Below, in pieces: positions 10,171-19,059 of a DNA stretch of 64,000 nt. The DNA comes from an uncultured bacterium (GTDB taxonomy: Bacteria; Fidelibacterota; Marinisomatia; Marinisomatales; UBA1611): positions 416,001 through 480,000 of the forward strand of contig CALSPG010000005.1 in assembly GCA_943788175.1 (NCBI GenBank), in the 5' to 3' direction. Within the stretch, counting starts at the first letter, position 1; each line of letters opens with the position of its first letter. The notes below the pieces were generated by a model. That model was not told the origin of the DNA and did no database searches. It saw nothing but the letters and a program-made list of their open reading frames with translations. Both the position numbers and the translations under genes were made by a program.

Positions 10171-10182
10171 AAATATTATTTA

Positions 10183-12258
10183 ATGACCAAATATTATTTT
10201 TCAGCCATATTTTTAATATATTCAGGGTTTTTTCAAATCTTGAATGCTCAACTAGTTTTACCAACTAATGATAGTGTCCTAAACTATATACATGTTCTTT
10301 TTGAATGGAATCAATACCCTGAAGCAGATAGTTATAACCTTGAAATTTCTACTGATTCTCTTTTTGATAGCGTAATAAGGACAGCTAATGTCAGTTCATT
10401 AATTTTTATTGAAAAAGAAATTATTAATTGGGATTCAAAATATTATTGGCGAATAAGACCGATTTTTGAAAGTTCGCTAACAAGCGAGTGGTCTGAAACA
10501 TATCATTTTTTTACTGGGCAAAAGCGTTCGGAATCAACTGTCAATATTTATGATGAAAATAATGTTAGTCCTGGCCTTACAATATTTGGATCATTTTATA
10601 ATTATTTTAGCGCAATGATTGATATGAATGGGAAAGAGGTATGGAATACCGGTGATAAAAAAATTGTTTATTATAATTCTTCTCCTGCACTTGATTTACT
10701 AGGGTGCATTTCTGATAATTCATTAGAACATAATTTGCCTGGAATTGATTTTTCTATAGATAATGATTTTATTTGGGAAGAACCAAATGATCAGTTTTTG
10801 CACCATGACCTTGTTAAACTTCCAAATGGTAACTACATGGGTATTGTTGCCACTAGCCAGTTAGGGCCTATTCCAATTGGTCCTTGGACATCTGATTACC
10901 AAGGTTTTGGTTTTGCAGCAAATGGTTTATCAGTTGAATTCCCTTGGGTTGGTGACAAACTTGTTGAGTGGGATAAAGATACTAAAGAAGTTGTTTGGAG
11001 TTGGAATGTATTTGACTATTTTTCCATGGAAGATTTTGATGCTCTTGGAGGGACGTGGTTACCTAGTTCTACTGGTTATCAAGAGTATGATTGGACGCAC
11101 CTTAACGCAATGATATTTTCTGAACAGGAAAGCGCGATATATATTTCCATTCGACATTTATCAAGAATAACAAAGATCGCTTACCCAAGTGGTGAGGTTC
11201 TCTGGAATATGGGAAGAGATATGCCTTCAGGCGAAGTTACTTTAGGAAACGATTTTGGGTTTAGTTTTCAGCATGGTTTACAGAAACTTGAAAACGGGAA
11301 TATTGTCACATTTGACAATGGAAATCTGAGCCAATATTTTTTAAATACTGAGGTCCCCACTTCTAGAGCTTTAGAATTATCGATTTTAAATGACCAAGCA
11401 TCAATTATTTGGGAGCATTCTTTACCAGAAAATCTCTTTGGATTCGCATCTGGTAATGCTCAAAAACTTGACAATGGAAATTACCTTATCACAACTGTTG
11501 GTGGTAACGGCACTTCAATTGAAGTAAACAGTGATGGAGTACAAGTTTGGCAAGGAAATTATAACTTATGTGAACCAATCTGTGCTGTTTATCGAGCGAA
11601 TAGAGTTTCAAGCCTATATCCAATTGCTTTCAGTTTAATATCAAATGGTCTTTCGATTAATCAAGAACAGGGTAATGAATTTGGCGCGGGTATTCCACTG
11701 GCATTGGGCAGTGCTTCTGTATCATTCACATTGAAAAATGAAGGCTCTATTTCAGATGTTTTCAATTATGAGTTTGTTGAAGAATTAAATTGGTTTGATA
11801 ATTTTAGTGGATATGTGGAACTCTCGCCAGGAGAAGAGCAAATTATTACTTTTAATGGAGAAACGAGCAGTTCAGCAAATAGTAATTATTACCAGATGGT
11901 TGTAGCACCCTCCCAAAAACCTTCATTAGCTAAAACAGTTATTAACGAGCTCTATATAGATGAATTAAGTTTAAATACTGAATCTTTAATAGTTCCTAAG
12001 AGTGCTAATCTGAAAATGCCCTTTCCAAATCCATTTAATTCATTTGTTCATCTTAATGTAGAAAATATTTTAGAAAATGGACTCAGTATTGATATATATG
12101 ATATAAATGGTAAAACTGTTGCAAGTATACCAATAATATCAAATTCAAGTAACTTTCATACTGTGTGGAATGCTGAGAGTCATCCATCGGGGTTGTACTT
12201 TTTAAGTATTGACAACTCTATCAATACTCAATTCAAGAAAATTTTATACTTAAAGTAA
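10183..12258 (+). CDS. secreted aryl-sulfate sulfotransferase (ASST) with N-terminal Fn3/Ig-like domain and C-terminal Por/FlgD-like sorting tail
   Basis: Signal peptide; HHD, DWTHLNA, ISIRH, FQHG motifs; AQKLDNGN propeller repeats; tail FPNPFN..IYDING..WNA..SG.Y. Confidence 0.8.
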   Translation: MTKYYFSAIFLIYSGFFQILNAQLVLPTNDSVLNYIHVLFEWNQYPEADSYNLEISTDSLFDSVIRTANVSSLIFIEKEIINWDSKYYWRIRPIFESSLTSEWSETYHFFTGQKRSESTVNIYDENNVSPGLTIFGSFYNYFSAMIDMNGKEVWNTGDKKIVYYNSSPALDLLGCISDNSLEHNLPGIDFSIDNDFIWEEPNDQFLHHDLVKLPNGNYMGIVATSQLGPIPIGPWTSDYQGFGFAANGLSVEFPWVGDKLVEWDKDTKEVVWSWNVFDYFSMEDFDALGGTWLPSSTGYQEYDWTHLNAMIFSEQESAIYISIRHLSRITKIAYPSGEVLWNMGRDMPSGEVTLGNDFGFSFQHGLQKLENGNIVTFDNGNLSQYFLNTEVPTSRALELSILNDQASIIWEHSLPENLFGFASGNAQKLDNGNYLITTVGGNGTSIEVNSDGVQVWQGNYNLCEPICAVYRANRVSSLYPIAFSLISNGLSINQEQGNEFGAGIPLALGSASVSFTLKNEGSISDVFNYEFVEELNWFDNFSGYVELSPGEEQIITFNGETSSSANSNYYQMVVAPSQKPSLAKTVINELYIDELSLNTESLIVPKSANLKMPFPNPFNSFVHLNVENILENGLSIDIYDINGKTVASIPIISNSSNFHTVWNAESHPSGLYFLSIDNSINTQFKKILYLK

Positions 12259-13326
12259 TTGAAGCATTTTTACAAAAGTTTTTCAGTATTAGTATTAATG
12301 AATATGCATATAGTGTTTTCACAATGCGATAGCGCATATACATATATTGATTCATTACCGAGTAATGTAAATATCCTTTTTGGAGACAGTTGCTTTTATA
12401 ATGAAGATATAAGTGTATTAAATGATCTTATAAATGATAATAATCTAAATTATGAATCACCTCTTCATTTGGGAACCCAATCATGGTTCAGCGGTCGACT
12501 TAAAATATTAGTGGCAGGTAATTATGGTAATAGCTCAGGTGTGAATGATACAATTTTTATTTTGCCAGAATCTATTGGAAATTGGACCAAACTTAGTGGT
12601 TTATATTTAGAATGGAATAGAATATCATCACTACCTTTAAATTTTGAAAAATTAAAAGAACTCAGATCGTTATACATTTCAAATAATATTTTAGAAAGTG
12701 TTATTGAAAACTTAGATAGCTTATCCAGTCTCAAATATTTAGATCTTGGCTATAATAAAATTGATTCCTTACCATCTTCGTTATGTGGATTAAATGAACT
12801 AGAATACCTATGGTTATTTAATAACAAACTAGAATCACTCCCTGATTGTATCTGCAGTATGACCATTGATTGGAATAGTGATGACAGTGCTTGGTTTCCA
12901 TACTTTGCTATTGGCGGAAATAATCTTTGTGACAATATGCCGGAGTGCATAGAGAATAGTTCAAATTTTAACGTGAGTCTTGATCAGTTTTATTATTCTT
13001 TTCAAGTTGAATCATTGCAGGAATGTGATTATGCTGGGATTAATGAAGCTGAGGTTGTGCCTAATTATATCAGTATAGACAACCTTTACCCCAACCCCTT
13101 TAATCCCCATACAAATATAAAAATAGTCCTTTTAAAACGTGATTATGTGAATATTTCAATTTATGATATTAAAGGAAATTTAATTGACGTTTTGAACAAT
13201 AGAATACTTGAAGAGGGTAATTACAATTATAAGTGGAATGCAACCAATGTAAGTAGTGGTATGTATTTAATTAAAGTAAAAACACCTAACCAGACATTTA
13301 TTCGTAAAGGATTGTTAACAAAGTAA
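12259..13326 (+). CDS. secreted leucine-rich repeat protein with Por/FlgD-like C-terminal tail
   Basis: About 5 LRRs (LxxLxLxxNxIxxLP), Cys-rich caps, YPNPFNP..IYDIKG..WNA..SGMY. Confidence 0.8.
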   Translation: MKHFYKSFSVLVLMNMHIVFSQCDSAYTYIDSLPSNVNILFGDSCFYNEDISVLNDLINDNNLNYESPLHLGTQSWFSGRLKILVAGNYGNSSGVNDTIFILPESIGNWTKLSGLYLEWNRISSLPLNFEKLKELRSLYISNNILESVIENLDSLSSLKYLDLGYNKIDSLPSSLCGLNELEYLWLFNNKLESLPDCICSMTIDWNSDDSAWFPYFAIGGNNLCDNMPECIENSSNFNVSLDQFYYSFQVESLQECDYAGINEAEVVPNYISIDNLYPNPFNPHTNIKIVLLKRDYVNISIYDIKGNLIDVLNNRILEEGNYNYKWNATNVSSGMYLIKVKTPNQTFIRKGLLTK

Positions 13327-13328
13327 TG

Positions 13329-14291
13329 TCAATAGGTAATCAGTGCGCAAGCCATTGATAGACCTGCTCCAGTACCAATGAAGTATAATAGATCACCACG
13401 TTGAATTCTGCCATCTTCTATGGCTATAGCAAGTGCCATAGGAATTGATGCTGCTACACAGTTTCCAGTTTTAGATACAATGTTTATAATTTTATTTTTT
13501 TCAAATCTACCGTAATCATGATAAGCATTAATTGCTTTTAAGGAAGCTTGATGTGGAATTACCCATGATACATTGTCTTTTTTAAATCCTGAATTTTTAA
13601 AAGTTTCCAGGACCATTTTAAAGGCCTTTTTTCTCGCTGACTTATATATTGAAGGCCCATCCATTGTGAAAAAATTATCTTCTATCGAAGTCTCGGGATT
13701 TAAGGGGTGCTTGAATGTGCCGCCTCCTCTGACCTCTGTTAACTCAGCATTTTCTGACCAGGTGTTCATTTTCCAATAATGAAAATTCTTTGAATTAGTT
13801 TGTTCTTTTTCAATCAATATTGCGGCAGCACCATCTCCTAATAGTGCAGCACTTTCAGGTTCTTTTGGGTTCCTGCCAATTGAACCTCTATCTGAAGATA
13901 TAATTAGAATTTTTTTATATATATTTGAATTGATTAGAGCTCTGGCATTATTTAAAGCGATAAGAAACGATAGGCATGTCCCATGAATACTAAAGCAAGG
14001 GACATTTTTTATTTTGAGTTCTCTTTGAAAAAATACAGAAGTATCTGGAATAGTTTGTTTTGGGACTCCTGAAGCATTAATAATTAAATCTGGAATACCG
14101 TTACCTGCTAATGCTTTTCTAGCAGCAACTGCCCCCATTTCATCTACATCTATTTCAGATATTCTTCTTTCCTCAACCCCTGTCTTTGCAATTATCCATT
14201 CAGTACTTTCATTTATAAATTTAGCAGTTGTTTTTGATTTTTCAACTTTAGGAGGCAAATATATTCCTGACCCTGTTATTTTAATACTCAT
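13329..14291 (-). CDS. ketoacyl-ACP synthase III (FabH-like condensing enzyme)
   Basis: Cys-His-Asn triad: GTCLSF, PHQAS, GNCVAASIP; GDGAAA; G.GAGL. Confidence 0.9.
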   Translation of the reverse strand: MSIKITGSGIYLPPKVEKSKTTAKFINESTEWIIAKTGVEERRISEIDVDEMGAVAARKALAGNGIPDLIINASGVPKQTIPDTSVFFQRELKIKNVPCFSIHGTCLSFLIALNNARALINSNIYKKILIISSDRGSIGRNPKEPESAALLGDGAAAILIEKEQTNSKNFHYWKMNTWSENAELTEVRGGGTFKHPLNPETSIEDNFFTMDGPSIYKSARKKAFKMVLETFKNSGFKKDNVSWVIPHQASLKAINAYHDYGRFEKNKIINIVSKTGNCVAASIPMALAIAIEDGRIQRGDLLYFIGTGAGLSMACALITY

Positions 14292-14304
14292 CCTAGGGTC
14301 TCAA

Positions 14305-15744
14305 TTAAAAATTGAATTTCAAATTTGCGCGGACATGAGAAAAATCTTCCATTATATTAATTCTATAGTCTTCCCCTAATGGGTGTTTATTATTGCCTTT
14401 TATTTTTGTGTAACCTAAAACAAGGTGAAGATTCGTTTTTATAATATACGATGTTTCAAATGAAAATATGAGACCGGGGACTGAACCATTAAAATTGGTA
14501 TTATCAATATCTAAAAGTGAAGAGCCTGAAATAGTTAGTTGCTCATTTGCAAATGTTTTATTTAAAGATATAATAATAGCTCTTTTAGTGAGGACACCAA
14601 GAGATGATCCATATCCAGGTGTAAATATATTTTTTGGATCTAATTCATCTATACTAATCTCTAGGTTGGGTATTGATATATCATTATCAATAGGTAAGCT
14701 GTCAGCTTGATAATCAAGCGTGTCGTAAGTAAATAATTGTCCTATAAGTTTTATATCAAAAGGTAAATCAACTTCAAGTTGTAATGTTGCTTGAAAATAG
14801 TTGGCTTTTTCTTTTAGGGGATATGAGTAGTGCAAGGAATCATAAATTTGTGATTGATAAGAACTTGTCCTTAACAAAAAGTCATCAGCGCTATTTTTAT
14901 CTGAGGTATTAAAAAATGCGGCATCCCCTCTAATTGTTGTATTTCCTAAAAATAAAGTAGATCCAAAACCAAGCATTTTCGTTTTTCTATATCCATAAAT
15001 TATGTCAATAATCGAAAAACTTTTATCTGGACCAAATGCATAGACATTGACTCCTGATAAGTTGAATAATCGATCATATCCTTCAAAATAATTGATTGAA
15101 ATATCACCAACGCCAAATGTTCTTGCAGCATAAATCCCAAGCTCTAGGGGCATTCCTCTTATTTTCATAAACTCTTCACTAGAAGGATTCGAGGGAAGTT
15201 TAATCGGAAAATCATCACTTTCTTGAGGTGTCCTGTGCGTATTGTGCAAGGGAGATAAAGTGAAACCAAATTTGTAATTATTTAGGTATAAATCGATAGC
15301 TGAAGAAAACACACCAAGCTTTTTATCTGAACCACTTTCAAATGTATAGTAGTAATCATATGGACTGACAACATCAATCGGACTATTTTCATCAACATTA
15401 CCCCAACTATGAATCATTTTACCAATTTTGAACTCACCCCATGATGTAAACATTTGTAAATAAAACTCACGCATATCTACGCTAAAGTCAGTGGGCGATT
15501 GGTCTGATAAAAAGTGGGTAGATTCTCTTAACTTATGTTCAACATCTATGTTAGATCGAAATAAAATATCACTGCTTTCATGGTCCACATTAAAACGAAG
15601 CAACCTGTAAGGTAGGTTTATTAAAGAGCCATCTGATAATCTCGAAATATAATTAAAATCTACAAAGCCACTAATTGTGTTAGAGGATTGACTTATAGCG
15701 AAATTAAATAAGAAGATTATAAAAAGAATTTTATTTAAGCGCAT
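14305..15744 (-). CDS. outer-membrane beta-barrel protein (DUF1302-like)
   Basis: Signal peptide; REFYL..KIGKM..SWG..D...P.D motif; amphipathic strands; C-terminal RANLKFNF. Confidence 0.7.
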   Translation of the reverse strand: MRLNKILFIIFLFNFAISQSSNTISGFVDFNYISRLSDGSLINLPYRLLRFNVDHESSDILFRSNIDVEHKLRESTHFLSDQSPTDFSVDMREFYLQMFTSWGEFKIGKMIHSWGNVDENSPIDVVSPYDYYYTFESGSDKKLGVFSSAIDLYLNNYKFGFTLSPLHNTHRTPQESDDFPIKLPSNPSSEEFMKIRGMPLELGIYAARTFGVGDISINYFEGYDRLFNLSGVNVYAFGPDKSFSIIDIIYGYRKTKMLGFGSTLFLGNTTIRGDAAFFNTSDKNSADDFLLRTSSYQSQIYDSLHYSYPLKEKANYFQATLQLEVDLPFDIKLIGQLFTYDTLDYQADSLPIDNDISIPNLEISIDELDPKNIFTPGYGSSLGVLTKRAIIISLNKTFANEQLTISGSSLLDIDNTNFNGSVPGLIFSFETSYIIKTNLHLVLGYTKIKGNNKHPLGEDYRINIMEDFSHVRANLKFNF

Positions 15745-16339
15745 ATGTTATCCATTGTATGATTTCATTTCCTTGAGTTTTCCAAGCTCTTTGCAGAGCA
15801 AAATCAGGAAAATCACCTAAAAGTTCTCCATTCCAAGTATAACTAAGCAAGGTCTCATTTTGATTTTTAGGGGAAAGCTCCCATTTGCCTGCTGCATTTA
15901 TTAATCGTATATAGTTTTTATTTAATGGAGCATTTTTATGGTTTCCAGAAACGAAAGAAAACTCCCATTCAGAATCTTTTCTGCTTTTTTTATGCTTTAT
16001 AACATAATCTCTATCTGCAAGTAGAAAAGGCATGTCAAGCATTATATGAACTGTGTTTTCTCCTAAAATTTTAACTTCATGAATTCTTCTAAATACTTTT
16101 GGGTAGTGTTCTACATCTTCAATGATTTTAGCTATTGGTTCAATTGAATATGGTAATGAAGAACTCACTTTGCATATTGGAAATCCTTGATAATTTGTCC
16201 ATTTGATTTCAATATCACCTTCTTGAATGATATTCCACTCTATTGGACTCTTAAAATCTTTTAGATTTAACTCGCTATAATAGACCCCTAGGTTTAGAAA
16301 AAATAAAAGCGTAAATAAATTTGATTTTAAGTGTCTCAT
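15731..16339 (-). CDS. START-domain (lipid-binding) protein with signal-like N-terminus
   Basis: MPFLLADRDYV (P....RD.V START motif), G.W.L.P, ..G.FP. Confidence 0.75.
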   Translation of the reverse strand: MRHLKSNLFTLLFFLNLGVYYSELNLKDFKSPIEWNIIQEGDIEIKWTNYQGFPICKVSSSLPYSIEPIAKIIEDVEHYPKVFRRIHEVKILGENTVHIMLDMPFLLADRDYVIKHKKSRKDSEWEFSFVSGNHKNAPLNKNYIRLINAAGKWELSPKNQNETLLSYTWNGELLGDFPDFALQRAWKTQGNEIIQWITYALK

Positions 16340-17421
16340 TTATTCAAAAATGTCTCATATATTGATGAACAATCTTTTTTTATTCTCTCTTCAGATAGTC
16401 CAAACTTTTTTAAATCATACTTGTGCTTACTTTTATAATTTTTCTGTTTTTCAGCGGTATTTTTAATTTCATTTCTAAGTTCTTCTGAAGGTTTATGGTT
16501 TGTAAAAATAAAAATATCGTCCATAAGTTTTTCAAAATTTTCCATCATTTGATCATATCGAACTATCATTACCCTTGATTTGTCAATTTTATTATTTTCC
16601 CAATCATTATTAAATCGTATTAACAGGGTAATGAGTGCATTATAAAGTCTTTCGATATATTTTTCTCTAATATTTGTGTCCAAACTCCAAAATCCAAACC
16701 TTTTATCAAGGACACCCGTTACTAAACTTAAACCTGATGGGATTACACTTAATGGATCTCTTATCATATATAAGATTCTAGAATCAGGAAATCTTTTTTG
16801 AAAAGAGGGAAGATTTGTGCTTAGAGAAAATAGTTTTCCTATGTAAGGTAAATCTTTTTTATATGTTTTCCTTGCCCAAACATTTTCATACCAATCAAAA
16901 TCCCTTTTACTAGTATCTCTGTGTTCTGGATCAAAATATTTAAAAAAATCTTCATCTGCAAATGAGAACAAAAACCCATAGAGGAAGAAGCCATCAAAAT
17001 ATCTAAAAAATAGACCAACGTCATCTGTTTCGATAGATGTTAAACTTGTTTTATGTGCTTCTGTTGAATGGTGACGGGCTGGGCTTAATTTTTCTAAGAC
17101 TGGTAAAAATGGTTTTATTACTTTTTGAAGAATTATCGAAGGATAAATTAATTGCCAAAGTTGAGACCCTTTACCGAGGCCACTATTAATCAAATATCTT
17201 TGTAAAAAAGTAGTGCCAGATCTAGGATTTCCAACAATTACAATTGGTTTATGCAGGCTAGGTTTTCGAGCTATTTTATAAAAGATTTTATCAATAAATA
17301 AGAAAATTGAAACAATCAATCGCATCATACTTAGAAAAAACCCTGTAATAATTGGGCTGAACCATGCCCCAAATGTGTTTCCAACAATCTTATAGGCTTC
17401 TAATTTTCTGTTTATATTCAT
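16336..17421 (-). CDS. PAPS-dependent sulfotransferase (Sulfotransfer_3 / Stf3-like)
   Basis: 5'-PSB loop IVGNPRSGTTFL; 3'-PB motif IRDP.SVIPS; hydrophobic N-terminus; C-terminal H.Y.L..FGL. Confidence 0.9.
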   Translation of the reverse strand: MNINRKLEAYKIVGNTFGAWFSPIITGFFLSMMRLIVSIFLFIDKIFYKIARKPSLHKPIVIVGNPRSGTTFLQRYLINSGLGKGSQLWQLIYPSIILQKVIKPFLPVLEKLSPARHHSTEAHKTSLTSIETDDVGLFFRYFDGFFLYGFLFSFADEDFFKYFDPEHRDTSKRDFDWYENVWARKTYKKDLPYIGKLFSLSTNLPSFQKRFPDSRILYMIRDPLSVIPSGLSLVTGVLDKRFGFWSLDTNIREKYIERLYNALITLLIRFNNDWENNKIDKSRVMIVRYDQMMENFEKLMDDIFIFTNHKPSEELRNEIKNTAEKQKNYKSKHKYDLKKFGLSEERIKKDCSSIYETFLNK

Positions 17422-17491
17422 AGCTTGTTATGTATTTAGAATTTAATTGTATAAAAATTGTTATAATTTTTGAAAGAATTTATTTAACTAT

Positions 17492-17549
17492 TTGACGCAT
17501 TAAGAGTCTAATAGTTAAAATTTTATTAATCAAATAATTGAGCGGTCAA
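17492..17549. promoter_or_regulatory. putative bidirectional sigma70-type promoter pair with overlapping -10 elements
   Basis: +: TTGACG(17492-97)-18 bp-TAAAAT(17516-21); -: TTGACC(17549-44)-18 bp-TAAAAT(17525-20). Confidence 0.45.
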
Positions 17550-17574
17550 AATTTTATTTAATTGGAAAATAACT

Positions 17575-19059
17575 ATGAATTATAAAATTAATATTTTGTT
17601 ATTACTGACATTAGTATTTAAAGCAGATTTAAATGCAGAAGTGTTTGATGGCTACACTCTTTTTTCGCCTACTGGAGGTGGGCCTAGCGGCGCTACAGGG
17701 GGTACTAGTTATCTTTATGATAATGATTATAATATTATTCATACATGGGTTCATTCTAGAGGTGCTGCAAGCATGCCATATCTACTGCCTGACAGTTCAA
17801 TCATATATCCTTTTAGAGTAGAAAGTCCCACTATGAGTGCCGGAGGCGTAGGTGGCGGAGTCGCTCACATTGCTTGGGATGGGACTATATTATGGGAATA
17901 CATTATTTCAAATCAAACCTATCAACATCATCATGATGTTCAGCCTCTTCCAAATGGGAATATATTGGTTATCGCATGGGAGAAAAAAACAGCAACTGAA
18001 GCATACGCTATGGGTAGAGTGTCTCTTGATAACCCATTAAATGAGATGTGGTCAACTGCAATCTTAGAGCTTGAAATGACGCCGCCAAATGGTGCAAATA
18101 TTGTTTGGGAGTGGCACTTATGGGATCATTTAGTTCAAGATTCAGATCAAAGTTTACCAGGTTATGGAACAGTGTCTGCTCATCCACAATTAATGGATAT
18201 TAACTATGGTGAAGTCGGTGGTGGAGGAGGGCCAGGCGGTAGCAATGCTGACTGGATGCATATTAATGCGATAGATTACAATCCTTTTCTAGACCAGATT
18301 GTAATTAGTTCTAGACATCAAAATGAAATATACATAATTGATCATAGTACAACTACCGCTGAAGCGGCAGGACATACTGGCGGAAACTCTGGCAAAGGAG
18401 GCGATTTCTTATATCGCTGGGGTAATCCCTCAGCATATGATCGAGGCTCGAATTCGTCTCAAAGATTAGATAGTCAGCATGGAGTAAACTGGATCAAAGA
18501 AGGGTATCCTGGGCAAGGAAATTTAATTTTATTCAATAATAATTATGGAAATTTAACCTCTGCTGTTTTTGAAATTTCGCCACCTTTGAACTCAGACAGT
18601 ACTAATTATATTATCAACGAAACAGAGCCTTTTGGCCCAAATGAATTAGAGTGGATGCATACAGGTGATTTTCATTCAAATGTTCAAAGTGGAGCATTTA
18701 GATTATCAAATGGTAATACTCTTGTTTCAGTTGCTGATGATGCTACAATCTTTGAAGTCGATTCGTTAGGTAATACGGTTTGGAATTATGAGTACCCAGG
18801 GGCAAACATAATGATAGCTAGATCACAGAAATATTCAATTGATTTTTTTGGAGGAAGTGACTCAACAGGTTTCCCCGATTACATTATTGGCGATGTAAAC
18901 TTTGACTCTTCCAATGATGTCTTCGACTTGATATACGTTGTCGATATGCATTACGGTTTTTATCCAAAAACTCCACCTGCAGATATCAATGAAGATTCAG
19001 AAGTAAACTTTCAAGATGTAATGGCTCTAATTTATCAAGTAATGAACTATCTTCGTTGA
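17575..19059 (+). CDS. secreted aryl-sulfate sulfotransferase (ASST) with C-terminal dockerin-like domain
   Basis: Signal peptide; GYTLFSP; HHD, DWMHINA, ISSRH, SQHG; tail GDVNFDSSNDVFD...ADINEDSEVNFQD (duplicated Ca-binding loops). Confidence 0.82.
   Translation: MNYKINILLLLTLVFKADLNAEVFDGYTLFSPTGGGPSGATGGTSYLYDNDYNIIHTWVHSRGAASMPYLLPDSSIIYPFRVESPTMSAGGVGGGVAHIAWDGTILWEYIISNQTYQHHHDVQPLPNGNILVIAWEKKTATEAYAMGRVSLDNPLNEMWSTAILELEMTPPNGANIVWEWHLWDHLVQDSDQSLPGYGTVSAHPQLMDINYGEVGGGGGPGGSNADWMHINAIDYNPFLDQIVISSRHQNEIYIIDHSTTTAEAAGHTGGNSGKGGDFLYRWGNPSAYDRGSNSSQRLDSQHGVNWIKEGYPGQGNLILFNNNYGNLTSAVFEISPPLNSDSTNYIINETEPFGPNELEWMHTGDFHSNVQSGAFRLSNGNTLVSVADDATIFEVDSLGNTVWNYEYPGANIMIARSQKYSIDFFGGSDSTGFPDYIIGDVNFDSSNDVFDLIYVVDMHYGFYPKTPPADINEDSEVNFQDVMALIYQVMNYLR

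Noticed and set aside
18880-19059. Dockerin as evidence of a cellulosome
   Set aside because: No cohesin or glycoside hydrolase in the window; the domain is attached to a sulfotransferase
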